Assembly: GCA_963772835.1 (NCBI GenBank)
Contig: CAVYYZ010000010.1
Span: 1-26,007 of the forward strand
DNA from: an uncultured delta proteobacterium
GTDB taxonomy: Bacteria > Desulfobacterota > Desulfuromonadia > Geobacterales > Pseudopelobacteraceae
Length of the DNA: 26,007 nt
Reading direction: 5' to 3'
A model generated the notes under the pieces. It searched no databases. It was not told where the DNA came from and was given only the letters and a program-made list of their open reading frames with translations. Of this stretch, positions 7,428-20,819 are shown piece by piece. Made by a program: the position numbers and the translations under genes. Each line of letters starts with the position of its first letter. Position 1 is the stretch's first letter.

Positions 7428-9006
7428 AGTCGTCATCTTCATACCCTTCCTCCAGGCGCGGATCATACCCTTCCGCCAGCGTTTGCCGGGCAGCATCCAC
7501 ACTGTCCAGCAGCAGTCGCCGGACGAACGGGTGGCGGCAATCGGGCAAAAAGCCTCCGACGAGGCTCAATGCCGTAGCCAGTGTCTTCTGTACCGCATGC
7601 TCATCACCTTCGATCTGCTGCAGGTAATCAGCGGTCAGCAGCAGCCGCTTGATGATATCGGCGCGGCGCGGCACGATCAGTTCGTCACAGCAGCGGGAAA
7701 TCTCCGCCTCCAGAGCCTCCGTCGATACACTTTCAGGTCCGCCATCCGCTTCCAGGGCGGAGAAACGGTCGGCAGCGTCATACAGCGTCGTCTCGGTAAG
7801 CAGCCATCCTTCCAGACCCGGCTCATCGAGCAGGTCGTTACTGGTAGCAACATAGCCCGGAATCTTGTCAACGATATCTTCCAGATGGGAGAGTTTGAAC
7901 CGGGGGATGTACGCTTCCGGTTTCAGGGAATCCGGGCGGAAAAGCCGCATATCGACGTAGAAGTCGGGAGGAAGGTAAAAGCCCCCATCACGGCTCCGTT
8001 GGAGTGCGTCGCGCAGCGAAGCCAGCGCATAGTCAGGTTCAACCGGCGTCAGCATCTCGCCGCCGGCCACATCCTTCAGGATATGGCCGTACTCCTTTTC
8101 ATCCTTCATGCGATAGCTGATGGCATTCAGCATGCCGTCACTCTCGCCGGTCAGGATCAGCATGGAGGCCAGGGAGTGGTCATCCAGCCGCCAGGAAAAC
8201 CAGAGCGTCCGGGAGCCGTAGAAATCAACCGGCCCGGCATACACCTCAAAGAAGGGAAGCGGCTGTTGTAACGTCTGCGGCAATTCGACCGCCTCACGAA
8301 TGCCGGTGAATGAGAGCCGCCGGATACTGCGACGGATCAAGGCCGCCAACTCCCCGTCATAGCGGGTTTCGGCACGTGTCAGCACATCGAGGGCATAGCC
8401 GTTTCTGGTACGCCCCAGGGCACGTATCGCTTCGCGTACGATCTCTTCCTTCTCGAAGGAGAGCAGAATTTCCAGGAGCGCCACCGCTTCGGCCGAGCCG
8501 TTATCGGCAAGGTGCTGCATCATCCGCTCGCGGAACTCTTCTGCCACATCGAGAAAACTGTCGATAAACCGGACCAGCCCGCGCTCGTTATCACCCAGGC
8601 AGTCATCAATAAAACCTTCCAGAGTAGGTGAACCATAGCCGGTCATGGCGGCGAAGGGTGGGGCGGTAACGTCGATGCCGCTGTCGTGCAGCACATCCAG
8701 CAGGGCCAGCTTGCCATCCTCCTCAAGATCCTTGCGCTGCAGGGTGATCTTGATCAGTTGATCCATCCAGGCCGAAGCGTCGAAAAAGTCCAGCATACAG
8801 GTGTAGCGATAGATGGCGGTGCCGTTCTGCTCGCGCCAGAGTTTGCGCACCAGCGGGTTGAGCGCCCGTTTGCCGGATTTCTGCAGCCGCCGGCCGATGC
8901 GCTCCATCTGCTCACCGGTCAGATCATCCCGCTTGAGGAAGTCCAGCAGGCGGTTGATCCTGCGCCGTTCCCGCAGGGATTTATCTATGTTGAGGGCAAC
9001 TGTCAT
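7417..9006 (-). CDS. Hypothetical protein with a HEAT/PBS-lyase-like helical segment and an acidic C-terminus
   Basis: Long ORF with host-like codon usage. It contains AEAVALLEILLSFEKEEIVREAIRALGRTRNGYALDVL (HEAT-like) and ends EEGYEDDDYDE. ATG 9006 is preferred because the ORF-track GTG 9054 falls inside the predicted promoter. Confidence 0.8.
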   Translation of the reverse strand: MTVALNIDKSLRERRRINRLLDFLKRDDLTGEQMERIGRRLQKSGKRALNPLVRKLWREQNGTAIYRYTCMLDFFDASAWMDQLIKITLQRKDLEEDGKLALLDVLHDSGIDVTAPPFAAMTGYGSPTLEGFIDDCLGDNERGLVRFIDSFLDVAEEFRERMMQHLADNGSAEAVALLEILLSFEKEEIVREAIRALGRTRNGYALDVLTRAETRYDGELAALIRRSIRRLSFTGIREAVELPQTLQQPLPFFEVYAGPVDFYGSRTLWFSWRLDDHSLASMLILTGESDGMLNAISYRMKDEKEYGHILKDVAGGEMLTPVEPDYALASLRDALQRSRDGGFYLPPDFYVDMRLFRPDSLKPEAYIPRFKLSHLEDIVDKIPGYVATSNDLLDEPGLEGWLLTETTLYDAADRFSALEADGGPESVSTEALEAEISRCCDELIVPRRADIIKRLLLTADYLQQIEGDEHAVQKTLATALSLVGGFLPDCRHPFVRRLLLDSVDAARQTLAEGYDPRLEEGYEDDDYDE

Positions 9007-9044
9007 GGTTGTTATCGCCGTAATTCCTCTTAAATATCGCACGG

Positions 9045-9073
9045 ACTCTATCACACCAACAGTATGAAGGCAA
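9045..9073 (-). promoter_or_regulatory. Putative sigma70 promoter for the HEAT-like gene and gpsA
   Basis: Minus strand TTGCCT-17 nt-TAGAGT with an extended TGn, located just past the gyrA terminator. Confidence 0.6.
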
Positions 9074-9133
9074 TCGCGAGTCAGCGCAATGGTTGATGCT
9101 TAAATCTGCAGGCCTGAGTGGCTGCAATTTATA

Positions 9134-9179
9134 TCAAAAACCCGGGTAGCTGGCAATCAGCCGCATCCCGGGTTTTTGA
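9134..9179 (-). terminator. Rho-independent terminator after gyrA (bidirectional architecture)
   Basis: Perfect 13-bp inverted repeat TCAAAAACCCGGG (9134-9146) / CCCGGGTTTTTGA (9167-9179), with an inner GCTG/CAGC stem. Confidence 0.85.
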
Positions 9180-9216
9180 AGGTACTCAACGACTCTATAA
9201 CTGTTTACGGCTAAGA

Positions 9217-11797
9217 CTATGCTTCGGTTTCTTCCGTTTCTTCAGTACCATCGTCCACGCCGTCGCCGTCATCTCCTTCTTCTTCATCCTTCTCGGCAAG
9301 ACGGGCGACAGCCACAACTTTCTCGTTATCTTCGGTGTTCATCAGGGTGACGCCCTGGGTATTGCGGCCGATAACCGAGAAGCCGGAGACCGGTACCCGC
9401 AGGATCTTGCCCTGGTCGGTGATAACCATCAGGTCGTGATCATCCGCGACCTGCATCACGTTGACTACGGAGCCGTTACGCTCGGTGGTCTTGATCGTGA
9501 TGATCCCCTTGCCGCCGCGAGACTGGTCGCGGTATTCGTCCAGATCGGTACGTTTGCCGAAGCCGTTTTCGCAGACGGTGAAGATCGTCGAGCCGACTGC
9601 GGTATTGTCTACGATCTCCATGCCGATCACCCGGTCATCCTTGCCCAGGTTCATGCCGCGCACCCCGCGGGTGACGCGGCCCATCGGGCGGACGTCCTCC
9701 TCGTTGAAACGGATGGCTTTACCATTGCGCGAAGCCAGGAAGATGTCCTTGGTTCCGTCGGTCAGGGCCACGGAGATCAGTTTGTCGCCTTCATCCAGAT
9801 TAACGGAGATGATGCCGCCGACGCGGACGTTGGAGTAATCAACCAGTGAGGTCTTTTTGACCACGCCATTCTGGGTGGCCATGAAGAGGTAGGTGTTCTC
9901 GCTGAACTCCTTGACCGGCAGGATCGTGGTAATCTTTTCGCCGGCAGAGACATTGACCAGGTTGACGACCGCTTTCCCTTTGGTGGTGCGGCTCCCCTCG
10001 GGGATTTCGTAGACTTTAAGCCAGTACATGCGGCCGGCGTCGGTGAAGCAGAGCAGGTAATCCTTGGTCGAAGCGATGAAGAGCTGCTCGACGAAATCCT
10101 CCTCTTTGGTCTTCATGCCGGTCTTCCCTTTGCCGCCGCGTCGCTGCGAGCGGTACAGGTCAACGGCGCTCCGCTTGATGTAGCCGGTGTGGGAGATGGT
10201 GACCACCATCTCTTCATCCTCGATGGTGTCTTCCCGCGAAATATCGGCGCTCTTGTCGGCGATCTCGGAGCGGCGCTTGTCGCCGAACCGTCTCCCGGAT
10301 CTCGGTCAATTCGCCGACGATGATCTTGAGGATTTCGGTATCGGACGCCAGGATCTCCCGCAGGCGGGCGATCAGCTTCATGATCTCTTCGTATTCGGCG
10401 ATGATCTTGTCACGCTCAAGACCGGTCAGGCGCTGCAGGCGCATCTCCAGAATTGCCTGGGCCTGGATTTCGGAGAGCTGCACTTCGTGCTCATACCCGG
10501 CCGGACGGGGGAGGTTCAGTTGTGCCAGGTACTCTGGATCGGCAAATTTACCTTCCATCAGCCCAACTTTTGCTTCGGGCGGAGTCTTGGATTCGCGGAT
10601 CAGCTCGATGACCGCATCCAGCCAGTCCAGGGCGATCTTGAGACCTTCCAGGATATGGGCCCGGGCCAGCGCCTTCTTCAGCTCGAAGTTGGTACGGCGG
10701 GTGACTACTTCGCAGCGATGCTCGACGAAACAGTCCATCATCTCGCGCAGGGTCAGCACGCGGGGACGGTTGTGGACAATGGCCAGCATGATGATGCCGA
10801 ACGATACCTGCAGCTGGGACTGCTTGTAGAGCTGATTCAGCAGCACTTCGGCGTTTTCGTCCCGCTTGACCTCGATGACGATCCGCATCCCCTGACGGTC
10901 GGACTCGTCGCGGATTTCGGTAATCCCTTCGACCTTCTTCTCCTTGACCAGTTCGGCGATCTTCTCGATCAGCCGGGCCTTGTTGACCTGGTACGGGAGC
11001 TCGGTGACAATGATCGCCTGACGCTCGGAACGTTTGGATGCCTCAACATGGGCCTTGGCGCGGATCTGGATGATGCCGCGGCCGGTGCTGTACGCGTCCC
11101 TGATACCCTGGCGGCCGTAGATGGTGGCGCCGGTCGGGAAGTCGGGACCCGGAATCATTTCCAGCAGCTCCTCAAAACCGATCTCCGGATTCCGGATCAC
11201 GGCGATGATGCCGTCAATTATCTCGCCGATGTTGTGGGGTGGTATGTTGGTGGCCATGCCGACCGCAATGCCGGTCGAGCCGTTGATCAGCAGGTTGGGG
11301 AATTTGGACGGCAGAACCGTCGGCTCCAGCATCTCCTCGTTATAGTTCGGGACCATGTTGACGGTCTCTTTGTCCAGATCGGCCAGCAGTTCATGGGAAA
11401 GCTGGCGCAGGCGGATCTCGGTATAACGCATGGCCGCCGGGCGGTCGCCGTCGACCGAACCGAAGTTACCCTGGCCGTCCACCAGCATGTAGCGGAGGGA
11501 AAAATCCTGGGCCATACGCACGATCGTATCGTAGGCAGCGGTATCACCATGGGGGTGGTACTTACCGATAACATCACCGACAACACGGGCCGATTTCTTG
11601 TACGGCTTGTTGTAGTCGTTGCTCATGTCGTACATGGCGTACAGGCAGCGCCGGTGAACCGGCTTGAGACCGTCGCGCACGTCCGGCAGCGCCCGGCCGA
11701 TAATGACCGACATGGCGTAGTCCATGTAGGAACGCTTCATCTCATCTTCAATATTTACCGATATCTTGTTGACTGGGATTTCTGCTGGGATATGCAT
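9217..11797 (-). CDS. gyrA: DNA gyrase subunit A (one +1 frameshift near 10291, probably a sequencing error)
   Basis: The N-terminal part has [15 protein letters not shown] and AAMRYTE. The C-terminal part has the GyrA-box QRRGGKG, pinwheel blades and an acidic tail. Removing one base in GAG-A-CGG restores [14 protein letters not shown]. Confidence 0.96.
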
Positions 11798-11863
11798 TGG
11801 TACCTCGTATCTGCTTATCTCACCACAACGATGAGAATGGTATTGTAGTAAAATTTAATAATT

Positions 11864-15371
<3,508 letters not shown>

Positions 15372-15380
15372 CAGCCGCTG

Positions 15381-16503
15381 TTAGAGCCTCATCGGCATAA
15401 TGACGGCAAGAAAGGTGTCGGAATTTTCCGGAACAATGATCGAAGGAGAAAGTTCATCCTTGAATTTCATTTCAACCCGCTCGGTTTCGGCAACTGACAG
15501 AACATCCAGCAGATAGCGGGCATTAAATCTGACCGAAATAGGTTCTCCGCTAGTACTCAACGTCCAGCTCTTCCATAGCATCACCCAATTCAGGATTACT
15601 GGAAGAAATCTTGATACCACCTGAAGTGATTTCCAGCATGATTCCCTTGAATTTTTCACTGGAAAGAATCGCCATACGCCGTACTGAATGACTGAAATCT
15701 TCTTTGTTTACGGTCACCACCTGTGTGTTGGAAGTTGGAATTACACGATTGTAATCAGGAAATTCTCCATCAACAAGGCGCATGACCATGTAGGAATCAC
15801 CCCGCTTGATGACGGCGCTGTTGTCCATAAAACCAAACAACAGGGTTCCGCCATCTTCATCGGTAATTTTTTTCATCTCGTAGACGCCTTTTTTTGGCAG
15901 AATGACACCTTTAAGGAGTTCCGGACCGGCTGTTCCTTTGAGATTGCCAGAGGCGATGGAGAGGCGATGACCATCCGTAGAAACCATTTTAAGGCCGTTA
16001 CTTCCGTCTGAACGTACTTCTACCTTGATGAAAATACCGTTGAGATTATATTTTGTTTCATCAGTACAGATTGCATAGGAGGTTCTTTCAATCATTCCTC
16101 GCAGCAGTGAAGTTTCTATTTCAAAGAGATTTTCTTCTTTTACATCAGGAAAATAGGGAAATTCATCCGGTGAGAGTCCAACAATGTTAAATTGAACTTT
16201 TCCGCACTTTATTTCTACCCAGTCATTATCTTTGGTCAAAAACGAAATTGGCTGATTAGGAAGTTCCTTGACAATTTCATACAGTTTTTTTGCTGAAACC
16301 GTTATTTTTCCTGGGGAGATAACTTCAGCAGAATAGCTGCTTTTCATTCCCACTTCCAGGTCAGTAGCAGTAACAAGAAGTGATGTTTCGGTAGCCTCAA
16401 GAAGAACATTCGACAGAATCGGCATTGAAGTTCGCTTTTCAACTATACCTTGAATTTTTTGCAGCGACTTCAGGAATTGCTCTTTATCAATTTTGAATTC
16501 CAT
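15381..16503 (-). CDS. dnaN: DNA polymerase III beta sliding clamp (one +1 frameshift at ~15552, probably a sequencing error)
   Basis: Motifs PILSNVLL, ATDLEV, STDGHRL and RLVDGEFPDY. Removing one T in TAC-T-AGC restores DVEYSGEPISVRFNARYLLD...VIMPMRL. Confidence 0.96.
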
Positions 16504-16723
16504 GCTCGGTCCCCTTCTAGTTACTAGTAGTATGTTTATATAATTCTTTAAAACCTTGTAGTATGTTGTTGGTCCTGTGGAAACAGGGGATAACTCGGTA
16601 ACTGTCTTAATTGAAACATGTAAGTGCCATCTGCTGACTGTTAATACTGCTTGCTATTATCAGCTCTTTTACACAGCAGGAAAAATTGCCAACAGTTGTT
16701 AACAGTGAATCAACAGGTTTTCC
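16504..16723. other. Putative oriC unwinding region between dnaA and dnaN
   Basis: On the minus strand, tandem boxes TTATCCCCT and GTTTCCACA (16593-16576) are followed by GGACC, trio-like AACAACATACTACAA and an AT-rich stretch. TTTTACACA at 16667-16675 matches TTWTNCACA. Further box-like 9-mers occur at 16686, 16696 and 16707. Confidence 0.82.
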
Positions 16724-18073
16724 TTACTTAAGGAGAATACGCCGAATTTCATCAATTATTCTAGACAGTTTTGGGTCATCAGCCATGGCTTTATCTATTT
16801 TTTTGTACGAGTGGATGACTGTAGAATGATCTTTGCCGCCAAACTTTAATCCAATGTCAGGGTATGAAGATTTAGTCATATCTCTGCAGAGCCAAATAGC
16901 TATTTGACGAGCCTGAACAATATTTTTTAACCTTTTTTCCGACTTCAGGTCAACAAGCTTTAAATCAAAATACTCAGCGACATGTTTCTGGATTAATTCT
17001 ACCGTTATTTCTTTGTGCCGGTCCCCCAGGATATCTTTAAGATTTTCCTTTGCCATATCAAGAGTAACCGGAACGTTCTGAAGACTGCTGAAAGCTCCGA
17101 GACGTATAAGCATACCTTCTAATTCACGAATGTTTCTGGTATCGCTTGATGCGAGAAAGTAATACACATCCTCAGGGAAAAAAACTCTGGTTATTTCTGA
17201 TTTTTTTTTCAGAATTGCTATCTTTGTTTCCACATCAGGTGGTTGAATATCAGCTATCAGGCCCCATTCAAATCTGGATCTCAGCCGTTCTTCCAGATCG
17301 GAAATTTCACGAGGAAATTTATCCGATGTAATCACAATCTGTTTATGGGCATCATGCAGAGCATTGAATGTGTGAAAAAACTCTTCCTGTGTTCCGGTCT
17401 TACCGGATATAAACTGGATGTCGTCGACCAGAAGTACATCAACATTTCTGAATCGATTTCTAAATACATCCATTTTTTTTAATCGAAGGTGGTTTACCAT
17501 TTCATACATGAATTTTTCTGCGGAACAGTAGCAGACATTCAATTCAGGAGAGTTTTGCCGAATAGTGTGACCTATCGAGTTTAACAGGTGACTTTTTCCA
17601 AGTCCGACACCACCATAGATAAAAAGAGGGTTGTAAGTATCCGCAGGATTATTAGCAACCGCCATTGCTGCAGCGTGTGCAAATTGATTTCCCGTACCAC
17701 TCACAAAAAGGTCAAACGTATATTTTTGATTGAGTGGGGTAAATACCTGTTCAAAAGGAGTGTTCTTGCCTGCGACGGGCTCTGCTTCGCTTTTTATAAT
17801 AAAATCTTCTGATATGTATGGCTGGTGTTCTTCATCGGCTCTGATCACAAAGTTAAGTGATACGGTATATCCGGATGTGGCAGAGAGTGCACCGGTTAGC
17901 ACTTTTAGATAATGCTCTTCCAGCCATTCTTTAATGAATGAATTTGGAACGGATAGAAAAACGACAGAGCCATCATGGTGACTGTAATGAACAGGTTTTA
18001 TCCATGTGCCAAAATCGGCTTCTGACAGTACTTTTTCAATATTTTCAGTTGCTTGTTGCCACGCGTCTAACAT
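16724..18073 (-). CDS. dnaA: Chromosomal replication initiator DnaA
   Basis: Motifs YTFDLFV, YNPLFIYGGVGLGKSHL, LLVDDIQF, QEEFFHTFN, RLRSRF, NIRELEG and domain IV GGKDHSTVIH. Confidence 0.99.
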   Translation of the reverse strand: MLDAWQQATENIEKVLSEADFGTWIKPVHYSHHDGSVVFLSVPNSFIKEWLEEHYLKVLTGALSATSGYTVSLNFVIRADEEHQPYISEDFIIKSEAEPVAGKNTPFEQVFTPLNQKYTFDLFVSGTGNQFAHAAAMAVANNPADTYNPLFIYGGVGLGKSHLLNSIGHTIRQNSPELNVCYCSAEKFMYEMVNHLRLKKMDVFRNRFRNVDVLLVDDIQFISGKTGTQEEFFHTFNALHDAHKQIVITSDKFPREISDLEERLRSRFEWGLIADIQPPDVETKIAILKKKSEITRVFFPEDVYYFLASSDTRNIRELEGMLIRLGAFSSLQNVPVTLDMAKENLKDILGDRHKEITVELIQKHVAEYFDLKLVDLKSEKRLKNIVQARQIAIWLCRDMTKSSYPDIGLKFGGKDHSTVIHSYKKIDKAMADDPKLSRIIDEIRRILLK

Positions 18074-18104
18074 CAGTATAAATCACAATCATTGGTAGTA
18101 TTGG

Positions 18105-18216
18105 TTATCAACATCGAATGCGGTATGTAACTGCTCCAAGAGAAAACAATTTTTCAAACATGGAGACAGGTTCAAATAAAAGTTATCAACACTATTGTCA
18201 ACAGCTGTTGATAACT
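18105..18216. promoter_or_regulatory. DnaA-box cluster in the dnaA leader (autoregulation, or the second part of a bipartite origin)
   Basis: TTATCAACA at 18105 and 18183, TTGTCAACA at 18195, and inverted TGTTGATAA at 18206. There is an 11-bp inverted repeat AGTTATCAACA/TGTTGATAACT. Confidence 0.75.
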
Positions 18217-18284
18217 AATTAAATAAACAAAATCAGTATATTAAAGTATATTTCGGATAAAAATAGGCTTGTTGAAGGTGCCGA

Positions 18285-18313
18285 AGAATAACAGAGCCGA
18301 CCCTCTTTTTCAA
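18285..18313 (-). promoter_or_regulatory. Putative sigma70 promoter of dnaA
   Basis: Minus strand TTGAAA-17 nt-TATTCT with an extended TGn. Confidence 0.65.
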
Positions 18314-18358
18314 GGCAAATCAATGGGAAAGGTGTTAAGCATGGATATAATATAAAAC

Positions 18359-18387
18359 TTGACACGGCGTGGGAGTTGTGTTTAATA
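18359..18387 (+). promoter_or_regulatory. Putative sigma70 promoter of the rpmH operon
   Basis: Perfect -35 TTGACA at 18359 preceded by an AT-rich UP-like tract. The -10 (TTTAAT or TTAATA) is weaker. Confidence 0.45.
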
Positions 18388-18427
18388 ACCCATTTCCTGA
18401 AAAATAATTTTGTTGAGGTAAATCAAG

Positions 18428-18577
18428 ATGAAAAGAACGTATCAGCCAAGCAATACTTCACGTAAGCGTACCCACGGTTTTCTGGTAAGAATGGCCACAA
18501 AGAATGGCCGTCTGGTAATTAAACGCAGAAGAGCAAAAGGGCGTAAAAACCTGTCCGTAAGAATCGCAACAAAATAA
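18428..18577 (+). CDS. rpmH: 50S ribosomal protein L34
   Basis: Below the ORF-track cutoff. Manual translation gives [49 protein letters not shown], with a GAGGT RBS upstream. Confidence 0.98.
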   Translation: MKRTYQPSNTSRKRTHGFLVRMATKNGRLVIKRRRAKGRKNLSVRIATK

Positions 18578-18591
18578 ATTACGTTTATTGC

Positions 18592-18972
18592 GTGATTGTT
18601 GACACTGCGGCCACATTTCCAAAAACAGCGCGTTTGCGGAAGCGAGCGGAATTTCTTCGACTCGCTTCCGCACAACATAAAAAATCAGTGCGCGGTTTTC
18701 TTGTTGTGTGGAGTGAAAATGACTTTCAAACGGTTCGTTTAGGCATCACAGCGAGCAAGAAAATTGGATGCGCAGTTGTTCGTAACCGGGTTAAACGATA
18801 TCTGCGTGAATTCTTCAGGCATAATCGCTCTGGGATGGCAGCTGTGGATCTTAATATCATTGCCCGTCGAGAATCGGCGCTAATGACGTATCCCGATATT
18901 GAGCGGGAACTGAATAAAGCTTTCCGGTTTATAGGCATATCCCCATGTTCAAGAGCTGTCTGCTCCTTGTAA
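18592..18972 (+). CDS. rnpA: Ribonuclease P protein component
   Basis: [13 protein letters not shown] and [21 protein letters not shown] (RNR motif); syntenic after rpmH. Confidence 0.95.
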   Translation: MIVDTAATFPKTARLRKRAEFLRLASAQHKKSVRGFLVVWSENDFQTVRLGITASKKIGCAVVRNRVKRYLREFFRHNRSGMAAVDLNIIARRESALMTYPDIERELNKAFRFIGISPCSRAVCSL

Positions 18973-19157
18973 TCAGGTTTTATCAGAAGATAGTTTCGCC
19001 ACTTCTTCCCCGGACCTGCCGCTTTTATCCCTCCTGTTCCGAGTATTCCCGTGAGTCCTTAATTCGGCATGGTGTTGCCAGGGGTATGTTGCTTACCGTT
19101 GTCAGAATATTTAAGTGTCATCCGTTTCATCCGGGCGGCCACGATCCGGTACCCTAA
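18945..19157 (+). CDS. yidD: Membrane protein insertion efficiency factor YidD
   Basis: Motifs [18 protein letters not shown] and [14 protein letters not shown]. Confidence 0.96.
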   Translation: MFKSCLLLVIRFYQKIVSPLLPRTCRFYPSCSEYSRESLIRHGVARGMLLTVVRIFKCHPFHPGGHDPVP

Positions 19158-19185
19158 CACAAAGAATAGTATTTTAGGAGCCTCG

Positions 19186-20794
19186 ATGGAAAAGCGCGCT
19201 TTTATAGCTGTAGGTCTTTCAATTGCTGTTTTTTATCTGTTCTCCATGATGTTTGGTCCGGATAAACAAAAGGTCGTCCCATCTGCCCCTCAGGGTACGA
19301 CTTCGGTGGCGAATAATCCGACTGCTAAGAGTCAATTGCCATCGGTGCTCCCCGAATCCTGCTCCGCTCTCGGGACAATTGCTTCCTTCAGCCTCCCCTC
19401 AAAAAGATATCACAGTAGATACGGAACTCTATACGGCGGTGTTTTCTTCTCGAGGAGCGAGCATCAAGAGCCTGACTCTGAAAAAATATCGTGAAGAGAA
19501 TTTGCCTGCATCAAAAAAAGTTACCTTGGAAAGCGATGCTGACCCGAATCTTTATTCATTTTCGACAAGAGCTACCGGCTTCAATCTTCCAGACAGCACT
19601 GTATTCGCATCTGATGCCGATGTGCTCAATATTGAAAATAATGCTTCCAAGCAGCTTACATTCAACTATATTTCCGGACAGGGGTATACGGTACGTAAGA
19701 TTTATACCTTCTCTTCGGGAGCGTATGGCATCAAACTGGAAACCCAGGTGTTTAACAACTCTGCCGCCCCCTTGGTCGGGACTATTCAGCAGATAATGAC
19801 CTACCCGGCAGAGCCGAAAGCAAAGAATAACCGTTTTGACACGGCCGGAGCATACCTCTTTTCAGACGACAGCCTTCAGTCCAACAAGATCAAAGATGTC
19901 GCCACTGCTTCAAAGCGGTATGACAAGGCCATCCAGTGGTCCGGCTTTGCTGACAAGTATTTTATGAGCGCGATTCTGAGTGAAAAAAACAGCATCGCGA
20001 CTGTAGAGCTGAAGAAGAATAGTGCCGGTTATTTTGAATCTATCATTTCATCTCCCCAGTTTGTGGTAAATCCCGGTCAGTCAGTTACCACTACACACCG
20101 CCTTTTTGTTGGGCCGAAGGATATCGATGTTCTCAAGGGACAGGGTAATTCTTTGGAGCGGTCGCTTGATCTGGGCTGGTTTACAGTTATCGCCAAGCCG
20201 CTTATGTATACTCTTAAATTCTTTTATCGCTATGTCGGCAACTACGGCATCGCGATAATAATCATTACGGTTATTCTTAAAGCGTTCTTTTTCCCGCTCA
20301 CCCACAAAAGCTACAAGTCAATGAAGGGGATGCAGAAAATCCAGCCTGAAATGACGAAGCTTAGGGAAAAATACAAAGATGACAAAGACGCCATGAACAA
20401 GGCGGTCATGGAACTTTATCGCGATCATAAGGTTAACCCGATGGGTGGCTGCCTGCCGATGGTTGTACAGATTCCGGTCTTCTTCGCGCTTTACAAATCG
20501 CTGATGTTTTCGATCGAGCTTCGGCACGCCCCCTTCTTTTTCTGGGTTACCGACCTTGCAGATAAAGATCCCTACTACGTTACTCCGGTAATTATGGGCA
20601 TCACGATGTTCGTTCAGCAGAAGATGACCCCTTCACAAATGGATCCGATGCAGCAGAAGATGATGCTGGCGCTGCCGGTTGTTTTTACGTTCATGTTTCT
20701 CAGTTTTCCTTCCGGGCTGGTACTGTACTGGTTGGTCAATAACGTGTTAACTATCGGCCAGCAGATGTACATAAACAAACTGGTAAAAGATTAG
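19186..20794 (+). CDS. yidC: Membrane protein insertase YidC (one +1 frameshift, probably near 19350)
   Basis: AGGAG RBS and ATG 19186 ([21 protein letters not shown]1) are in one frame. The periplasmic domain and core ([40 protein letters not shown]) are in the next frame. Removing one C from CTCCCCG joins them. Confidence 0.95.
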
Positions 20795-20819
20795 TCTGCG
20801 GACTTCGGAGTCACGAGTT

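Noticed and set aside
6467..9849. Plus-strand ORFs 6467..7285, 7324..8271 and 9118..9849
   Set aside because: Antisense to gpsA, the HEAT-like gene and gyrA; explained by GC3 bias.
11520..11560. GyrA QRDR reads [10 protein letters not shown] (Thr at the E. coli Ser83 position)
   Set aside because: Thr is a natural wild-type residue at this position in many bacteria and is not evidence of acquired quinolone resistance.
15381..18430. AT-rich dnaN-dnaA block as a possible horizontally acquired island
   Set aside because: These are canonical, syntenic core genes with no mobility features; lower GC around the origin is a sufficient explanation.
20795..20819. No jag/khpB gene between yidC and mnmE
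   Set aside because: This gene is patchily distributed and its absence here is unremarkable.
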